A stretch of DNA of 64,000 nucleotides from a virus (Duplodnaviria; Caudoviricetes): positions 4,380-68,379 of the IMG/VR virus record IMGVR_UViG_3300048606_000077, one strand, 5' to 3'. This document shows, one piece after another, positions 52,662 through 62,011 of the stretch (positions are counted from its first letter, which is position 1; the number at the start of each line of letters is the position of its first letter). A program made the position numbers and the translations under genes. The notes beneath the pieces were generated by a model. It saw nothing but the letters and a program-made list of their open reading frames with translations, was not told the DNA's origin and ran no database searches.

Positions 52662-53017
52662 TGGCCACCCGCCGGGGTGTGGTGGCCTGCGCCGCAGGTA
52701 GCCGACCCGTCCGCATGGATCCAGGCGGCCCGGGTCGCAGCGCACTCGGCGCACCACCGCAGGCGGTCGACGGCGACGAAGGACGCTGTGACGTCGACGC
52801 CTGCGGTGAGCGGCCCGTCGTGGAACCCGGCGTACTCCGCCTCAGCCGCGACGCCAATCTCCTCGGCGACCTCCGCCGGCACCCGCTCACCACGCGGCAA
52901 GGCACGATGCGCACCGGCCGGCCGGAGCAGGGCATCAATGGCCCAACCGACGGCCGCCGCACCACCCATGGCGGCCAGCCCGGCGACGACCATGGGGACT
53001 TCAGCGTTGATGCTCAT
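52658..53017 (-). CDS. Membrane-anchored protein with C-terminal zinc ribbon
   Basis: N-terminal TM; WCAEC...ATCGAGH. Confidence 0.65.
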   Translation of the reverse strand: MSINAEVPMVVAGLAAMGGAAAVGWAIDALLRPAGAHRALPRGERVPAEVAEEIGVAAEAEYAGFHDGPLTAGVDVTASFVAVDRLRWCAECAATRAAWIHADGSATCGAGHHTPAGGQ

Positions 53018-53415
53018 GCCGTCACCTGCCCCTTGTCCGCAGGACGCGGACGGACCGCCAGCAGGCCCGCGTCCCCGCCCTTGGTCGCGTCGTCCAGCTG
53101 CTTCTGCGTCACGCGCAGCTGCCGCCGGGCCTCGGCCAGTTCACGGTGCAGGCGCTCGGCGTTGCTCATCTCGGCGGCGTGGATGGCGCGTAGCCGCTCC
53201 AGTTCGGCGGCGTGCTCGGCCTGTACGGTTTCCGCCTGTCGCTCCAGCCGGATGATCCGGTCGGCCTGGCGCTGCTCGCGGTCGCTGCTGCCGGTGCGGC
53301 TGATGGCCGCAGCGTGCAGCGCGGTCTCCAGGTCCTTGATGCGGCCCACGCGGTGTTGATCGCGGGCCTCCAGGTCGGCGATACGCCGATCTTTCCGGGT
53401 GGTGAAGGGCCACAT
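53014..53415 (-). CDS. Coiled-coil hypothetical protein
   Basis: MWPF start; heptad-rich. Confidence 0.65.
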   Translation of the reverse strand: MWPFTTRKDRRIADLEARDQHRVGRIKDLETALHAAAISRTGSSDREQRQADRIIRLERQAETVQAEHAAELERLRAIHAAEMSNAERLHRELAEARRQLRVTQKQLDDATKGGDAGLLAVRPRPADKGQVTA

Positions 53416-54128
53416 CAGGCGTCCACCGCCTTCGGGACCAGCGGCCACGCGCCCACGACAACCGCATCCGCGTCGGTCTTGCGGAGATACGACTGGTAGC
53501 TGGCGCACTGCGCTTGCCGCCACGCCTGCTGTGCCAGGAACAGCCGCTTCGGGTCGTACGCGTCAAGGCGTGGGTGCCGCTCGTACAACGCCTCCGCGAT
53601 ACCGAGCGCGGCGACCGCGTCGGCGTCTGCGGTGTGCCAGTTCTCCAGGGCCACGCCGTAGTGCTCGGCGACGGCCTTCAGCTTCCTGGAGCCCTTGCGG
53701 TACTTGTCCGCGTGCTTGTCGAGGACGAGCGGGTCCACCAGGGTCAGCACGGTGTCGCCGAGTCGGTCGGCCATGGTCGGCAGGCCGTGCCGCTCCAGCT
53801 CGTAGTGGAGAACGGACCAGTCGTAGGCGGTGTTGAACGCCACGAGCGGCATGCCGTAGCTGATGGCCCGCGCCATCGTCTCGGCGATCTCCTCCAGTGC
53901 CGCCTTGGGGTCTTGGCCGTCGGCCTGCGCGCGGGCGTCGTCGATGCCGTGGATCGCGGTGGTCTCCGGCGGGATCGGCACGCCGGGGTTGATCAGCCAC
54001 GTCTGCACGTTCGGCGCGGCGGTCCCGTCGCGGCCGACGAGGGCGGCGGTGACGATGCGGGCGGTGGTGGGATCTGTGCCGGTGGTCTCGGTGTCCCAGC
54101 CGATCCGCCGGTTGTCGAGGAACTTCAC
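53415..54128 (-). CDS. DnaQ-like (DEDDh) 3'-5' exonuclease
   Basis: WDTETTG, IHGID, VAFNTAYD, VDPLVLDK, HTADADA. Confidence 0.92.
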   Translation of the reverse strand: MKFLDNRRIGWDTETTGTDPTTARIVTAALVGRDGTAAPNVQTWLINPGVPIPPETTAIHGIDDARAQADGQDPKAALEEIAETMARAISYGMPLVAFNTAYDWSVLHYELERHGLPTMADRLGDTVLTLVDPLVLDKHADKYRKGSRKLKAVAEHYGVALENWHTADADAVAALGIAEALYERHPRLDAYDPKRLFLAQQAWRQAQCASYQSYLRKTDADAVVVGAWPLVPKAVDA

Positions 54129-54673
54129 TGGGTACCGCCTTCGATTTGCGCCGGGCTGGTGATGCCGGGGATTGCCAGCAGGCCGGACTGCCAGGCCGCG
54201 GCGATCTGCTCGCGGCCGACCGCGCCCTTCGGGCCGGCGAACCGCACCTCGTGTGTCCGCCCCCGGTTCGGCGTGATGCTCACACCCGGCACGGTGTGGA
54301 TGACGCCCGTCTCCGGGTCCGGCCAGTCCGTTCCGTTCGCCGCGGTCAGCTCGGCGAGGAGTTTCGTGAGGAACGCCGGCCGGATCAGCGTCGTGAACTT
54401 CCGCTCGATCTCGGCGGGATATTCGGCGAGGACCCACGCGAGGAGGGCTTCGACGTCGTGGACGGTGGCCTCGGCCTTGCCGGGCTTGAGGTTGACCGTG
54501 GCCGCCGTCTCGCCGCCGGGCACCTCGACAGCGACGTTCCGCTGTCCGTTCTCTTGGACGGCCTCATCGAGGAGCTGCTGCACCTCGATGCGCTTGGCCT
54601 TGTAGGCGGCGTCGATGCGGTCGAGGAGCGCCTTGAGGACGGCTTCCTCGGTCGCTGCTTCCTTCAGGTTCAT
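54125..54673 (-). CDS. Hypothetical protein of the recombination module
   Basis: AGGAG RBS; A.V.D.EALL.WV, D.ETG.I..VPGV. Confidence 0.75.
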   Translation of the reverse strand: MNLKEAATEEAVLKALLDRIDAAYKAKRIEVQQLLDEAVQENGQRNVAVEVPGGETAATVNLKPGKAEATVHDVEALLAWVLAEYPAEIERKFTTLIRPAFLTKLLAELTAANGTDWPDPETGVIHTVPGVSITPNRGRTHEVRFAGPKGAVGREQIAAAWQSGLLAIPGITSPAQIEGGTQ

Positions 54674-54688
54674 GTAAGGCTCCTGGGA

Positions 54689-54719
54689 GGGGTGCCCCCG
54701 ATTCGAGCGGGGGCACCCC
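54689..54719 (-). terminator. Hairpin after the recombinase
   Basis: GGGGTGCCCCCG/CGGGGGCACCCC 12-bp stem. Confidence 0.55.
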
Positions 54720-54729
54720 GTGTTGGTGG

Positions 54730-55593
54730 TCAGGCGGCGGCGGACTGGCCGAGGATCAAGTCGCGGGCCTGCCGGTATTCGGCGGTGGTGCCCTGCTCGA
54801 TGGGGTGGCCGAAGGACGTTTTGAACTGGGCGGGCAGGCCGGCGGTGAAGTTGGCCTGTGCGGCGGCGTCCTCCATTTCGGCGAGCGCGGCGGCCCAGTC
54901 CTCGGGGTCCTCGCCGGGCGGCGCCGGGCTGGGCTCCGGCGATGGCGCGGGGACGGGCGCGGGCCGGGCGGTGGGTGCGGGGGCCGGGCGGGGCGGGGCG
55001 GCTGCGGGTACTGGCGGCGCAGTCGGTTCCGGCTCGGGGGAGGCGGCGGGCTGCGGCTCCGGGCGTACCGGGGTGTCCTCCTGCTCCGGCTGCGCGGGCG
55101 CCGTCGGAGCCATGTACGCCAGAGACCGGAGGACGACCGGGGTCAGCGAGCCGTCGTTGTAGAGGCTCAGGCCGAAGGCGTCGCCCAAGTTCACGGCGGC
55201 GCGCTTGAGGGCCTGGGAGTCGGCGGTCTTCATCGCCATGTCGTGCGCGTCGGCTAGGGACGGCAGGTTGGGGGCGTCGCCCATGGCGGTGCCGTGCCAG
55301 TGCCCCAGTTCGACGCCGCCGACCTTCACGGTCAGTACCACGGTGGCGCGGTAGATGACGGTCCACCGGCTCTTGCCGTTGGGGTTGCTGGGCTTGTGCT
55401 CGATCTGGGCGACCAGGGTCATCTCTTGCTGGTCGGTGTCGTAGCCGCCGAAGCCGAAGACGCGGATGAGGTGGCGGCGGATGTCCCAGGCTTCGACGTG
55501 GGCGAAGCCTTTGCCGTCCTTGCCGATGCGCTCGGGCCGAATGCCGCTGAGGAGGAAGTTGATCTGCGGGTCGGTGAGCTGGGTCTCGGTCAT
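54730..55593 (-). CDS. Rad52/Rad22-family (Sak-like) single-strand annealing protein
   Basis: FAHVEAWDIRRHLIRVFGFGG, A.KTA.SQALKRAAVNLGD.FGLSLY; Pro-rich linker. Confidence 0.9.
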   Translation of the reverse strand: MTETQLTDPQINFLLSGIRPERIGKDGKGFAHVEAWDIRRHLIRVFGFGGYDTDQQEMTLVAQIEHKPSNPNGKSRWTVIYRATVVLTVKVGGVELGHWHGTAMGDAPNLPSLADAHDMAMKTADSQALKRAAVNLGDAFGLSLYNDGSLTPVVLRSLAYMAPTAPAQPEQEDTPVRPEPQPAASPEPEPTAPPVPAAAPPRPAPAPTARPAPVPAPSPEPSPAPPGEDPEDWAAALAEMEDAAAQANFTAGLPAQFKTSFGHPIEQGTTAEYRQARDLILGQSAAA

Positions 55594-55865
55594 CGGCTGT
55601 CCTTGGCGGCGTTGAGGGTGAAGTGCCGGCGGCCGTGCCTGTCGTGGCGGATCAGGTGGCCGTCGTCGGCGAGGGTGTTGAGGGCGGTGCGGGCGCGGTG
55701 GCGGTCGATGCCGTTGAGGTGTGTGATGGCGCGGCCGGTGGTCCATTCGCCGCCGCGTGCGCGGATGGCGGTGAGGAGGCTGGCGGCCAGCCCGGCGGCG
55801 GTGACGCGGCGGCCGGCGGCCGGGGCGGCGGTGGTGGCCGCCCCGGCCAACTCGGTGTTCGTCAT
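55590..55865 (-). CDS. Small winged-helix-like protein
   Basis: IRARGGEWTTGRA...RARTALNTLADDGHL. Confidence 0.65.
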   Translation of the reverse strand: MTNTELAGAATTAAPAAGRRVTAAGLAASLLTAIRARGGEWTTGRAITHLNGIDRHRARTALNTLADDGHLIRHDRHGRRHFTLNAAKDSR

Positions 55866-56881
55866 CGGGCATCGCCACCCTTGGCGGGTGTGCGGCATAC
55901 GGCGCACTGGTGGTCGGCGATCTCGGAGTCGTGGCAGCGGTCGACGCAGCAGCGGCAGAACGGGGTGTCGCGGTGTCGGGCGTGGCCGTTGAAGCGGGTG
56001 TCGTCGGGGTTGAAGGTCCAGCGGCAGTTGGCGCAGGCCTCGGCGGTCTGGGTGGGCTGGCCTCCGGCGTGCATGCGGCCGGTGCGGTAGCCGGACCGGT
56101 AGACCGGGTCCAGTTCGGTGTCGGCCATGGTGATAGCGGCGGTGACGAACCGGTCGAGGTCTTGGCGGTTGCCGAGTTGGGCGTAGGTGTCGGCTTCGCG
56201 GAGTGCTGCGGCGTACCGCTCGCGCCGGTCGGGTGACGGTGCGGGCTGGGTGGTCTCGCCGCTCGACGCGGTGTCCTTCGCTCCGTCGGTCCGGTGCTCG
56301 GGGCACAGCCATGTGTCCATGTGGCCGTGCTGCCAGCCGCGTTCGGGTGCCTTGGCGAAGCGTTCGGCGTTGGGGCAGTGGGGGTGGGAGCAGCGGACCC
56401 ACTCGTCGTCATTCTGGGTGGGCTCGAGTTCGCGGTAGAACCGCTCAGCCCGGCGTACGGGCTGGGTGGTCTCGTCCTTGCGGATGACCTTCCCGACCGG
56501 CCCGGCGTCCTCGGCCATGCGGCGCAGGATGCCGACCGCCGCACACAGACCGGAGACCCTGCCGTCGGGCTGCTGCTCCGGGGGGCCGGAGCCGACGGCG
56601 ATCGCGAGGATCTTCTCGTCGAGCTTGGTGACGGCCTCGCGCAGTACCTCGACGCGGTAGGCCGCGACCTGCTCGCCCACCAACAGCGGCACCGACTCCC
56701 GCGTCACTGGCCGCACGTGGTAACTGATCAGCGGCCCAACCTCAGCGGCGGGTACCTTGTGCTCGGTCTTGAGGTGATCGCGGAGCCGGTCGTACGCGGG
56801 ATCGCCGTTCCCGTCGGCGACGTCGTACGGCTCGCGGTACTGGCAGTTGCCCGCAGGGCAGGGCAGGAAAGTGGTCGTCAT
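55862..56881 (-). CDS. Mosaic hypothetical protein with several zinc-finger motifs
   Basis: C..C..H..H, CSHPHC...W.CPEH, CANC...CRCCVDRCH. Confidence 0.7.
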   Translation of the reverse strand: MTTTFLPCPAGNCQYREPYDVADGNGDPAYDRLRDHLKTEHKVPAAEVGPLISYHVRPVTRESVPLLVGEQVAAYRVEVLREAVTKLDEKILAIAVGSGPPEQQPDGRVSGLCAAVGILRRMAEDAGPVGKVIRKDETTQPVRRAERFYRELEPTQNDDEWVRCSHPHCPNAERFAKAPERGWQHGHMDTWLCPEHRTDGAKDTASSGETTQPAPSPDRRERYAAALREADTYAQLGNRQDLDRFVTAAITMADTELDPVYRSGYRTGRMHAGGQPTQTAEACANCRWTFNPDDTRFNGHARHRDTPFCRCCVDRCHDSEIADHQCAVCRTPAKGGDAR

Positions 56882-57237
56882 GCCGCACCTGCTTCGCGCT
56901 GCCCCGGCAGGCCCTTCGGCCGCGCGATCTGATGCAGCGCATCCGCCAACTTCGCGACCTGCTGCCCGTACACCGGCAGCGGCGCCCCAACCCGCTCGAC
57001 GAGGGTGTTGACGAGCCGCTCGAACGGCAGATCCTCCGGCCGCTCCACCTTGTGCGGGTCGCAGGGCGTCTGCTCCACCGCGCGGTCGAAGTCCTCCAGC
57101 AGCTCGCCCGTCAGCAGATCCAGCGCGTCATGGATGGCGTTCCGCAGGTAGGCGGTGATGTCGAGGTTGGCGCCGCCGGGGATGGCGGTGATGTGGATGG
57201 GGTGGGGCCCGGTGACGGGCGTGGTGCGGTCAGGCAT
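56878..57237 (-). CDS. Hypothetical protein
   Basis: GGGGGA RBS; GC3 bias. Confidence 0.7.
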   Translation of the reverse strand: MPDRTTPVTGPHPIHITAIPGGANLDITAYLRNAIHDALDLLTGELLEDFDRAVEQTPCDPHKVERPEDLPFERLVNTLVERVGAPLPVYGQQVAKLADALHQIARPKGLPGQREAGAA

Positions 57238-57448
57238 GGGTGTTTCCCCCGGTGTTGGTGCGGGCGGCGCGGCGGGTGTGGAAGCGGGTCAGCTCCGTGA
57301 GGGCGATGACCGTCACGGCAGCCGTCACGGCCTGCGCGGCGAGCGTGTGCGCCAGATCCACAGGCAGGTGCGCGCTGTTGATGGCCCATGCGGTGAGGGC
57401 GAGGACGGCCAGCACGAAGGCGTCAGCGGCGAGGACGATCACGACCAC
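57230..57448 (-). CDS. Small two-TM protein
   Basis: Hydrophobic; overlap coupled. Confidence 0.55.
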   Translation of the reverse strand: MVVIVLAADAFVLAVLALTAWAINSAHLPVDLAHTLAAQAVTAAVTVIALTELTRFHTRRAARTNTGGNTHA

Positions 57449-57975
57449 TCACCGGCCTCGAAGGCGTTGGAGTAGCCCTCCCAGTTGTCCACGCCAGCCG
57501 CTTCAAGAGCGGCGAGCGTGGCGGAGTCGGACTCCAACTCGGCGACCCGCTTCAGCAGCCGCTCACGCTCGACGTCACCAGCAGCCACCGCCGCGTTCGT
57601 CTCGGCCCGCTCCTCGGCCAGCCGGGAGATCAGCGCTCGCAGGCCCTCATCCCGCTCGGCCCGCGACGACCGCACCGGCGGCCCATCGAGGTGAGCCAGG
57701 ACCGACATCCCCAGGCCCCACGCCTCAGCGCTGTCCCGGATATCCACCCGGCCGAGCACCCCGAGGATCTCCTCGTCACGCTGCTCGCGGGCCTCAGCCC
57801 ACGTCTTCAGCCGGGCCAGCTCGACGGCCGTCTCCGGGTCCATCAGCAACCCAGCCGACCCGAGACCGAACACCACCGTCTCGACTACCTCGGAATCCGG
57901 GGACGCCGAGCTGTTCAACGCAGCCCACGCCGTCTTCATCGCGAGCCGCTCAGCAGGAGTAGGCGAGACACTCAT
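57439..57975 (-). CDS. Hypothetical protein
   Basis: L.SAGLL..PE; C-terminal L.ALEAAGVDNWEGY motif. Confidence 0.7.
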   Translation of the reverse strand: MSVSPTPAERLAMKTAWAALNSSASPDSEVVETVVFGLGSAGLLMDPETAVELARLKTWAEAREQRDEEILGVLGRVDIRDSAEAWGLGMSVLAHLDGPPVRSSRAERDEGLRALISRLAEERAETNAAVAAGDVERERLLKRVAELESDSATLAALEAAGVDNWEGYSNAFEAGEWS

Positions 57976-58340
57976 GCCGCCACCGCCGAACCGCCATCAG
58001 CCTCAGCCGTGACCTCCATCAGCGCGTACGCCCGGAACGGCACCCCACCCACGACCCCATCCGCGAAGGTGTGCACATCCGAGCCGTCGTTCCACAGCTC
58101 GGCCTTCACCTCGACACCGAACGCCTCGGCGAACGCCCGGACGCCGTCCGGATCGCGGTGCATGTTCAGCACCACGCCGATCGCCCATACGAACGCGCCG
58201 GGGATGTAGCCGAACGCGGTGTGTTCCGTCACCGCGACGCTGTCCGGGGCGACGGGGGATTCGGCCGTCAGCCGCTCGGCCACTGACAAGGCCGCCATCA
58301 GGCGGTCGATCTTCGTCAGGGAAGTACTCTGAGAACTCAC
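57972..58340 (-). CDS. Hypothetical protein
   Basis: GAGG RBS; GVRAFAEAFG...ADG.V.GVPFRAY. Confidence 0.7.
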   Translation of the reverse strand: MSSQSTSLTKIDRLMAALSVAERLTAESPVAPDSVAVTEHTAFGYIPGAFVWAIGVVLNMHRDPDGVRAFAEAFGVEVKAELWNDGSDVHTFADGVVGGVPFRAYALMEVTAEADGGSAVAA

Positions 58341-58428
58341 GGTGAGCCTCGCTTTCTGATGTGGGCGTTGGCTTGCTGGTGGGTCGCTCCGGGCCGGGCA
58401 GGTTGGGAGCGGCCCGCACGTCTTCGGG

Positions 58429-58632
58429 TCAGGCGGCCGGCGTCTCTTCGCCGACCACGACCGGCCGCACATACGGGCGGTGCAGTACCGCCAGACGGGC
58501 GATCTCAGCCCCGGTCAGCCGACACGCCGGACACACCGTGGGGTCTTCGGTGTCGTGCTCGCAGGGCGCGTTCCAACCGCTGGCGAATGCCTCATCGGGC
58601 GTACGGCACATGCGACTCTCCGGGGCGGTCAT
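58429..58632 (-). CDS. Small Cys-containing protein
   Basis: W..PC.H...CPACRLT..EIARL.VLH; ATGA overlap. Confidence 0.6.
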   Translation of the reverse strand: MTAPESRMCRTPDEAFASGWNAPCEHDTEDPTVCPACRLTGAEIARLAVLHRPYVRPVVVGEETPAA

Positions 58633-58880
58633 GCCGCATTTCCGGACGCTTCGGTTTGGGCTCCGGCGTGGGGGAGGTCGACGTCGGTGATGTCGTCGAT
58701 GGTGCAGTCGAGGAGCGCGGCGGCGGCTTTCCGGAAGCGGGGGCCGCCGTTGTAGTTGCCGAGTTCGACCTGCGAGCAGTGGTTGAGGCTGTAGCCGAGG
58801 CGTGCGGCGAACTCGGTGATGGTCATGCCGGTGAGTTCGCGGCGGCGTCGGATGGCTTGTCCGTCTGTCCTGAGCGGCAT
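58629..58880 (-). CDS. Cro-like XRE HTH regulator
   Basis: AIRRRRELTGMTITEFAARLGYS..H.SQVELG; divergent from the repressor. Confidence 0.85.
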   Translation of the reverse strand: MPLRTDGQAIRRRRELTGMTITEFAARLGYSLNHCSQVELGNYNGGPRFRKAAAALLDCTIDDITDVDLPHAGAQTEASGNAA

Positions 58881-59009
58881 GGGTAAATCTAAGCAGAATC
58901 TATAGAGATTCACAAGAGATTCGCTAGATGTGGCGTGGCTGGTTCTATGCAACTCACAGAGAGGACTTATAGACATTCCAGAGATCGCATGTCACTGTTC
59001 TGTGACATG
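58881..59009. promoter_or_regulatory. Lysis-lysogeny switch region with operator-like palindromes
   Basis: AT-rich; GAATCT-ATAG-AGATTC 58896-58911; CATGTCAC-N6-GTGACATG 58988-59009 covering the repressor ATG. Confidence 0.65.
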
Positions 59010-59405
59010 AGCGATCCGCCCGACACCCCCACGCCGCCGGTTGGACAGCAGCTCGCGGACCGCCGCGAAGAGCTGGACCTCACGCAGCAAGCGCTCGCCC
59101 AGCGCATCGACATGACCAGTACGACGGTCAGTGCCACTGAGCGCGGCCGGACTGAGATCAGCCGCAGTAATCGTGCCGCCTGGGAACAAGCCCTGCGGCT
59201 CGCACCCGGAACGATCAGTCGCGCCTACAAGGAGGGGACACGCCTCCAGCCCCTCGCTCCCCCCACGCCCCAGGAGCCCTATGCCGATCTTGAAGATCTC
59301 CGCGAACGGACCATCTGGGAGATGAACGTCCCCGAGGAGAACCGCCGCAAGATGATCGATATCCTTCGCGCCGACCGGAAGGATGAACGCCGCCGTTCCG
59401 CCTGA
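59007..59405 (+). CDS. Immunity repressor, XRE HTH
   Basis: LADRREELDLTQQALAQRIDMTSTTVSATERG. Confidence 0.85.
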   Translation: MSDPPDTPTPPVGQQLADRREELDLTQQALAQRIDMTSTTVSATERGRTEISRSNRAAWEQALRLAPGTISRAYKEGTRLQPLAPPTPQEPYADLEDLRERTIWEMNVPEENRRKMIDILRADRKDERRRSA

Positions 59406-59409
59406 CCCC

Positions 59410-59450
59410 AGACGCGCCGCCCTGCTGCTCAAGGCTAGGGCGGCGCGTCT
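59410..59450 (+). terminator. Hairpin between repressor and integrase
   Basis: AGACGCGCCGCCCT/AGGGCGGCGCGTCT 14-bp stem. Confidence 0.7.
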
Positions 59451-59516
59451 CCGTGTATTGGTGTGTAGTGGGAGTTCATCGACCTAAACCCCCAGCAAAC
59501 ACCTATACTCGCCTCC

Positions 59517-61049
59517 ATGGTCGACGCGACGCGAATCCCTCGAAGCCACGCGGACGAAGCTGCCCGCACCCCTAAGCGCGTCGGCATCTACTGCCGCCTC
59601 AGCTACGCCCCCGACGGCTCCATCGAGAAGGTTGAACGACAGGAAGGCGACTGCCGCGACCTCGCCGGCCGCCTCGGCTGGCCCGTGTCCGAGCAGCACA
59701 TCTTCCGCGACAACTCCCGCTCCGCGTGGCAGCGCAACCGCAAGCGGCCACGCTGGGACGCGATGCTCGCCGCGATCGAAGCAGGCGAGATCGACGCGAT
59801 CATCGTTTACCACGGTGACCGCCTCATCCGGCAGCCGTACGACCTGGAACGGCTGATCGGCATCGCCGACAGCAAGGGCGTCCGGGTCGCGTCGCCTTCC
59901 GGTACCCGCGACCTCGACAGTCCCGACGACCGATTCATCCTCCGCATCGAAGCCGCGCAGGCCTGCCGGGAGTCCGACAACATTTCCCGGCGTGTGAAGC
60001 GCGGCTTTGCCGCCCGCGCCATCCAGGGCCGCACCGCGAGCGGTGGCCGGCGGCCCTTCGGCTTCGGCGTACCCACCGGCGAGACCCGCGAGCGCACCGA
60101 CCAGCAGACCGGCGAAGTGCGGCAAGTCCCGGTGTACGACACGGACCAGCAGGTACCCGAGGAGGCGCGGCTCCTGGCGCAGGCCGCCGAGCGGCTCCTG
60201 GCCGGGCAGACGCAGGCGGGTGTCGTGCGGTGGCTGAACGAGGAGGCCAAGTCGCAGACGACCGAGGGGAATCCGTGGATGGTGAAGACGTTGCGGAATT
60301 TGATGATGTCGCCGCGGATCGCCGGGTTGATCGAGCACGATGGCGATCTGTACGAGGCGGTGTGGGATGAGATCATTGACCGGGAGACTTGGGAAGATCT
60401 GCTCGCCTTGTACAAGTCCAGCAGTGAAGCGCACCTGTATCAGGGCCGCGAGCGCAGGCATTTGCTGTCGGGGATCGCGGAGTGTGTGACGTGTGACAGC
60501 ACGGTGCGGGTGAAGCCGTCGGGTGGCCGGAATCGTAAGACGTCGCGGCTTTACCACTGTTGGGCCCCGGGGTGCCCGCGGCGTGTGTCGCGCAATCAGG
60601 AGCACCTGGACCGGTATATCGAGGGCCGTGTGCTGCGGTTGCTGAGCGACAAGCGGTTCATTGCCGAGTTGCATGCTGACGATGAACAGCCGGGCGTGGC
60701 GGGGGAGATCGCAGCGTTGGAGCGCCGCAAGAGGGAATCGCAGGAGCAGTTGGAGAATCTGGCTGATCACGAGGCGGTTGATCCTGTGCTGGTGGCCCGG
60801 TCGTTGGCGTCGTTCGACCGGAAGATCGTTGCTCTTCGGGCTCAGGTGGCCACGTCGGCGCGGCGCAGGCTGCTGCTGCGGATGGTGGGGATGGGCCGGG
60901 AGGCGTGGGATGCGGAGCCTATCGATGTGCGGGCGGCGACGGTGCAGGCTTTGTTCAGGGTCGTCATCTTGCCGGCGACGTGGCGCGGTCCGGGGTTTGA
61001 TCCGGCGAGTGTGAAGGTGCTGCGTCGGTCCGCGTCCGGGGGAGAGTGA
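59517..61049 (+). CDS. int: Large serine recombinase (integrase)
   Basis: GIYCRLS catalytic Ser, DNSRSAW, RP.W.AML, YHGDRLIR, recombinase domain, Zn ribbon C..C...C....C, coiled coil; TATACT -10 just upstream. Confidence 0.95.
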   Translation: MVDATRIPRSHADEAARTPKRVGIYCRLSYAPDGSIEKVERQEGDCRDLAGRLGWPVSEQHIFRDNSRSAWQRNRKRPRWDAMLAAIEAGEIDAIIVYHGDRLIRQPYDLERLIGIADSKGVRVASPSGTRDLDSPDDRFILRIEAAQACRESDNISRRVKRGFAARAIQGRTASGGRRPFGFGVPTGETRERTDQQTGEVRQVPVYDTDQQVPEEARLLAQAAERLLAGQTQAGVVRWLNEEAKSQTTEGNPWMVKTLRNLMMSPRIAGLIEHDGDLYEAVWDEIIDRETWEDLLALYKSSSEAHLYQGRERRHLLSGIAECVTCDSTVRVKPSGGRNRKTSRLYHCWAPGCPRRVSRNQEHLDRYIEGRVLRLLSDKRFIAELHADDEQPGVAGEIAALERRKRESQEQLENLADHEAVDPVLVARSLASFDRKIVALRAQVATSARRRLLLRMVGMGREAWDAEPIDVRAATVQALFRVVILPATWRGPGFDPASVKVLRRSASGGE

Positions 61050-61066
61050 TGGCTGTGGGCGGGTGG

Positions 61067-61345
61067 TTATGCGATGCGTAGTTCGGTCTCGGTGGCTTGC
61101 TCGTATTCGGCGCGTGTGGCTTCCGTGGCGTTTTTGATGACGGTGAGCCAGCGGCGTTTGACGACAGGGTCGGTTTGGCGGAGGGCGATGTCCAGTAGCT
61201 GGGTGAGGACGTCGAGTTGGTCACTGATGCGTTGGAGTTGGGTGGTCATGGTGCTCCAATCCGTGGCGTCAGGAGGTTTCTGATCTTCCTGTGGTCTATC
61301 AGGTTCGGTGGTGTGGTTTCTTATTTCCAGATGCGTAACCGGCAT
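61067..61345 (-). CDS. Small coiled-coil protein convergent with the integrase (start 61345 or 61249)
   Basis: MPVTHLEIRNH...MTTQLQRISDQLDVLTQLLDIALRQ. Confidence 0.5.
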   Translation of the reverse strand: MPVTHLEIRNHTTEPDRPQEDQKPPDATDWSTMTTQLQRISDQLDVLTQLLDIALRQTDPVVKRRWLTVIKNATEATRAEYEQATETELRIA

Positions 61346-61359
61346 CTCACACGATCGAG

Positions 61360-61374
61360 TGAACGTGTGTTCTA
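61360..61374. promoter_or_regulatory. LexA (SOS)-box-like site
   Basis: TGAAC-GTGT-GTTCTA matches the actinobacterial CGAAC-N4-GTTCG core; about 15 nt upstream of the ATG at 61345. Confidence 0.55.
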
Positions 61375-61624
61375 TTTTTTGGGCAGTGGGTATGGCCCCG
61401 GGGCGGCAACTGCGGCGGCGCCATGGGGCTATGGAGGATAAAGGTATCTGCGCTGTTTTCGGATGCCTCCTGCTAGGTTCGGCTGTTCTGTGACGGTGAT
61501 CTATGCGCCTAGGTGTTGACACCCAACACGAGGTAGCGCAGGCGGCGCTAGAGCGTCCGCCATGATCACAAGATTTGCGTGGCCAGGTAAAGACTTTGCG
61601 CCATGATCAGCCCAGCTTGGGCGG

Positions 61625-61861
61625 GTGCCGCTAGATCCTCTACCTGACTGGGTGCTCGCCCGCCGGCAGGCCATCGGCGGCCGCATCCGACACGTCCGCC
61701 TCCACGCCAACTTCACCCAGGTGCGGCTCGGCGAACTGATCGGTGTCGACCACCGCACCGTCCATCGCTGGGAGTACGCCACGAGCGTCCCGTCCCTCAC
61801 TGATCTGCTGCTCCTCGCTGATGCCTGTGGTGTGCCGGTTACGGATCTGCTCGCCGAGTAG
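61625..61861 (+). CDS. XRE-family HTH regulator
   Basis: IGGRIR..RLHANFTQ..LGELIGVDHRTVHRWE...PSL. Confidence 0.85.
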   Translation: MPLDPLPDWVLARRQAIGGRIRHVRLHANFTQVRLGELIGVDHRTVHRWEYATSVPSLTDLLLLADACGVPVTDLLAE

Positions 61862-61865
61862 GAGT

Positions 61866-61897
61866 GGCCCCGACCGCGCGTGTCAGCGGTCGGGGCC
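61866..61897. terminator. Hairpin terminator between convergent genes
   Basis: GGCCCCGACCGC/GCGGTCGGGGCC 12-bp stem. Confidence 0.65.
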
Positions 61898-62011
61898 CTT
61901 GCCGCCGAGCCCGGGACTGGGGACCCAGCGGCGGCCGCCCCACGGGGGAAGGGCGGCACCTGGTCACCGCTCGCGCGCCGTCGTGGGAGATATCGGCGCG
62001 CGAGCGGCGGT

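Noticed and set aside
58995-61494. Shared 12-mer CTGTTCTGTGAC at 58995-59006 and 61483-61494 as att core or operator
   Set aside because: Many 12-mer matches are expected by chance in 64 kb, and serine integrases do not leave long identical att cores.
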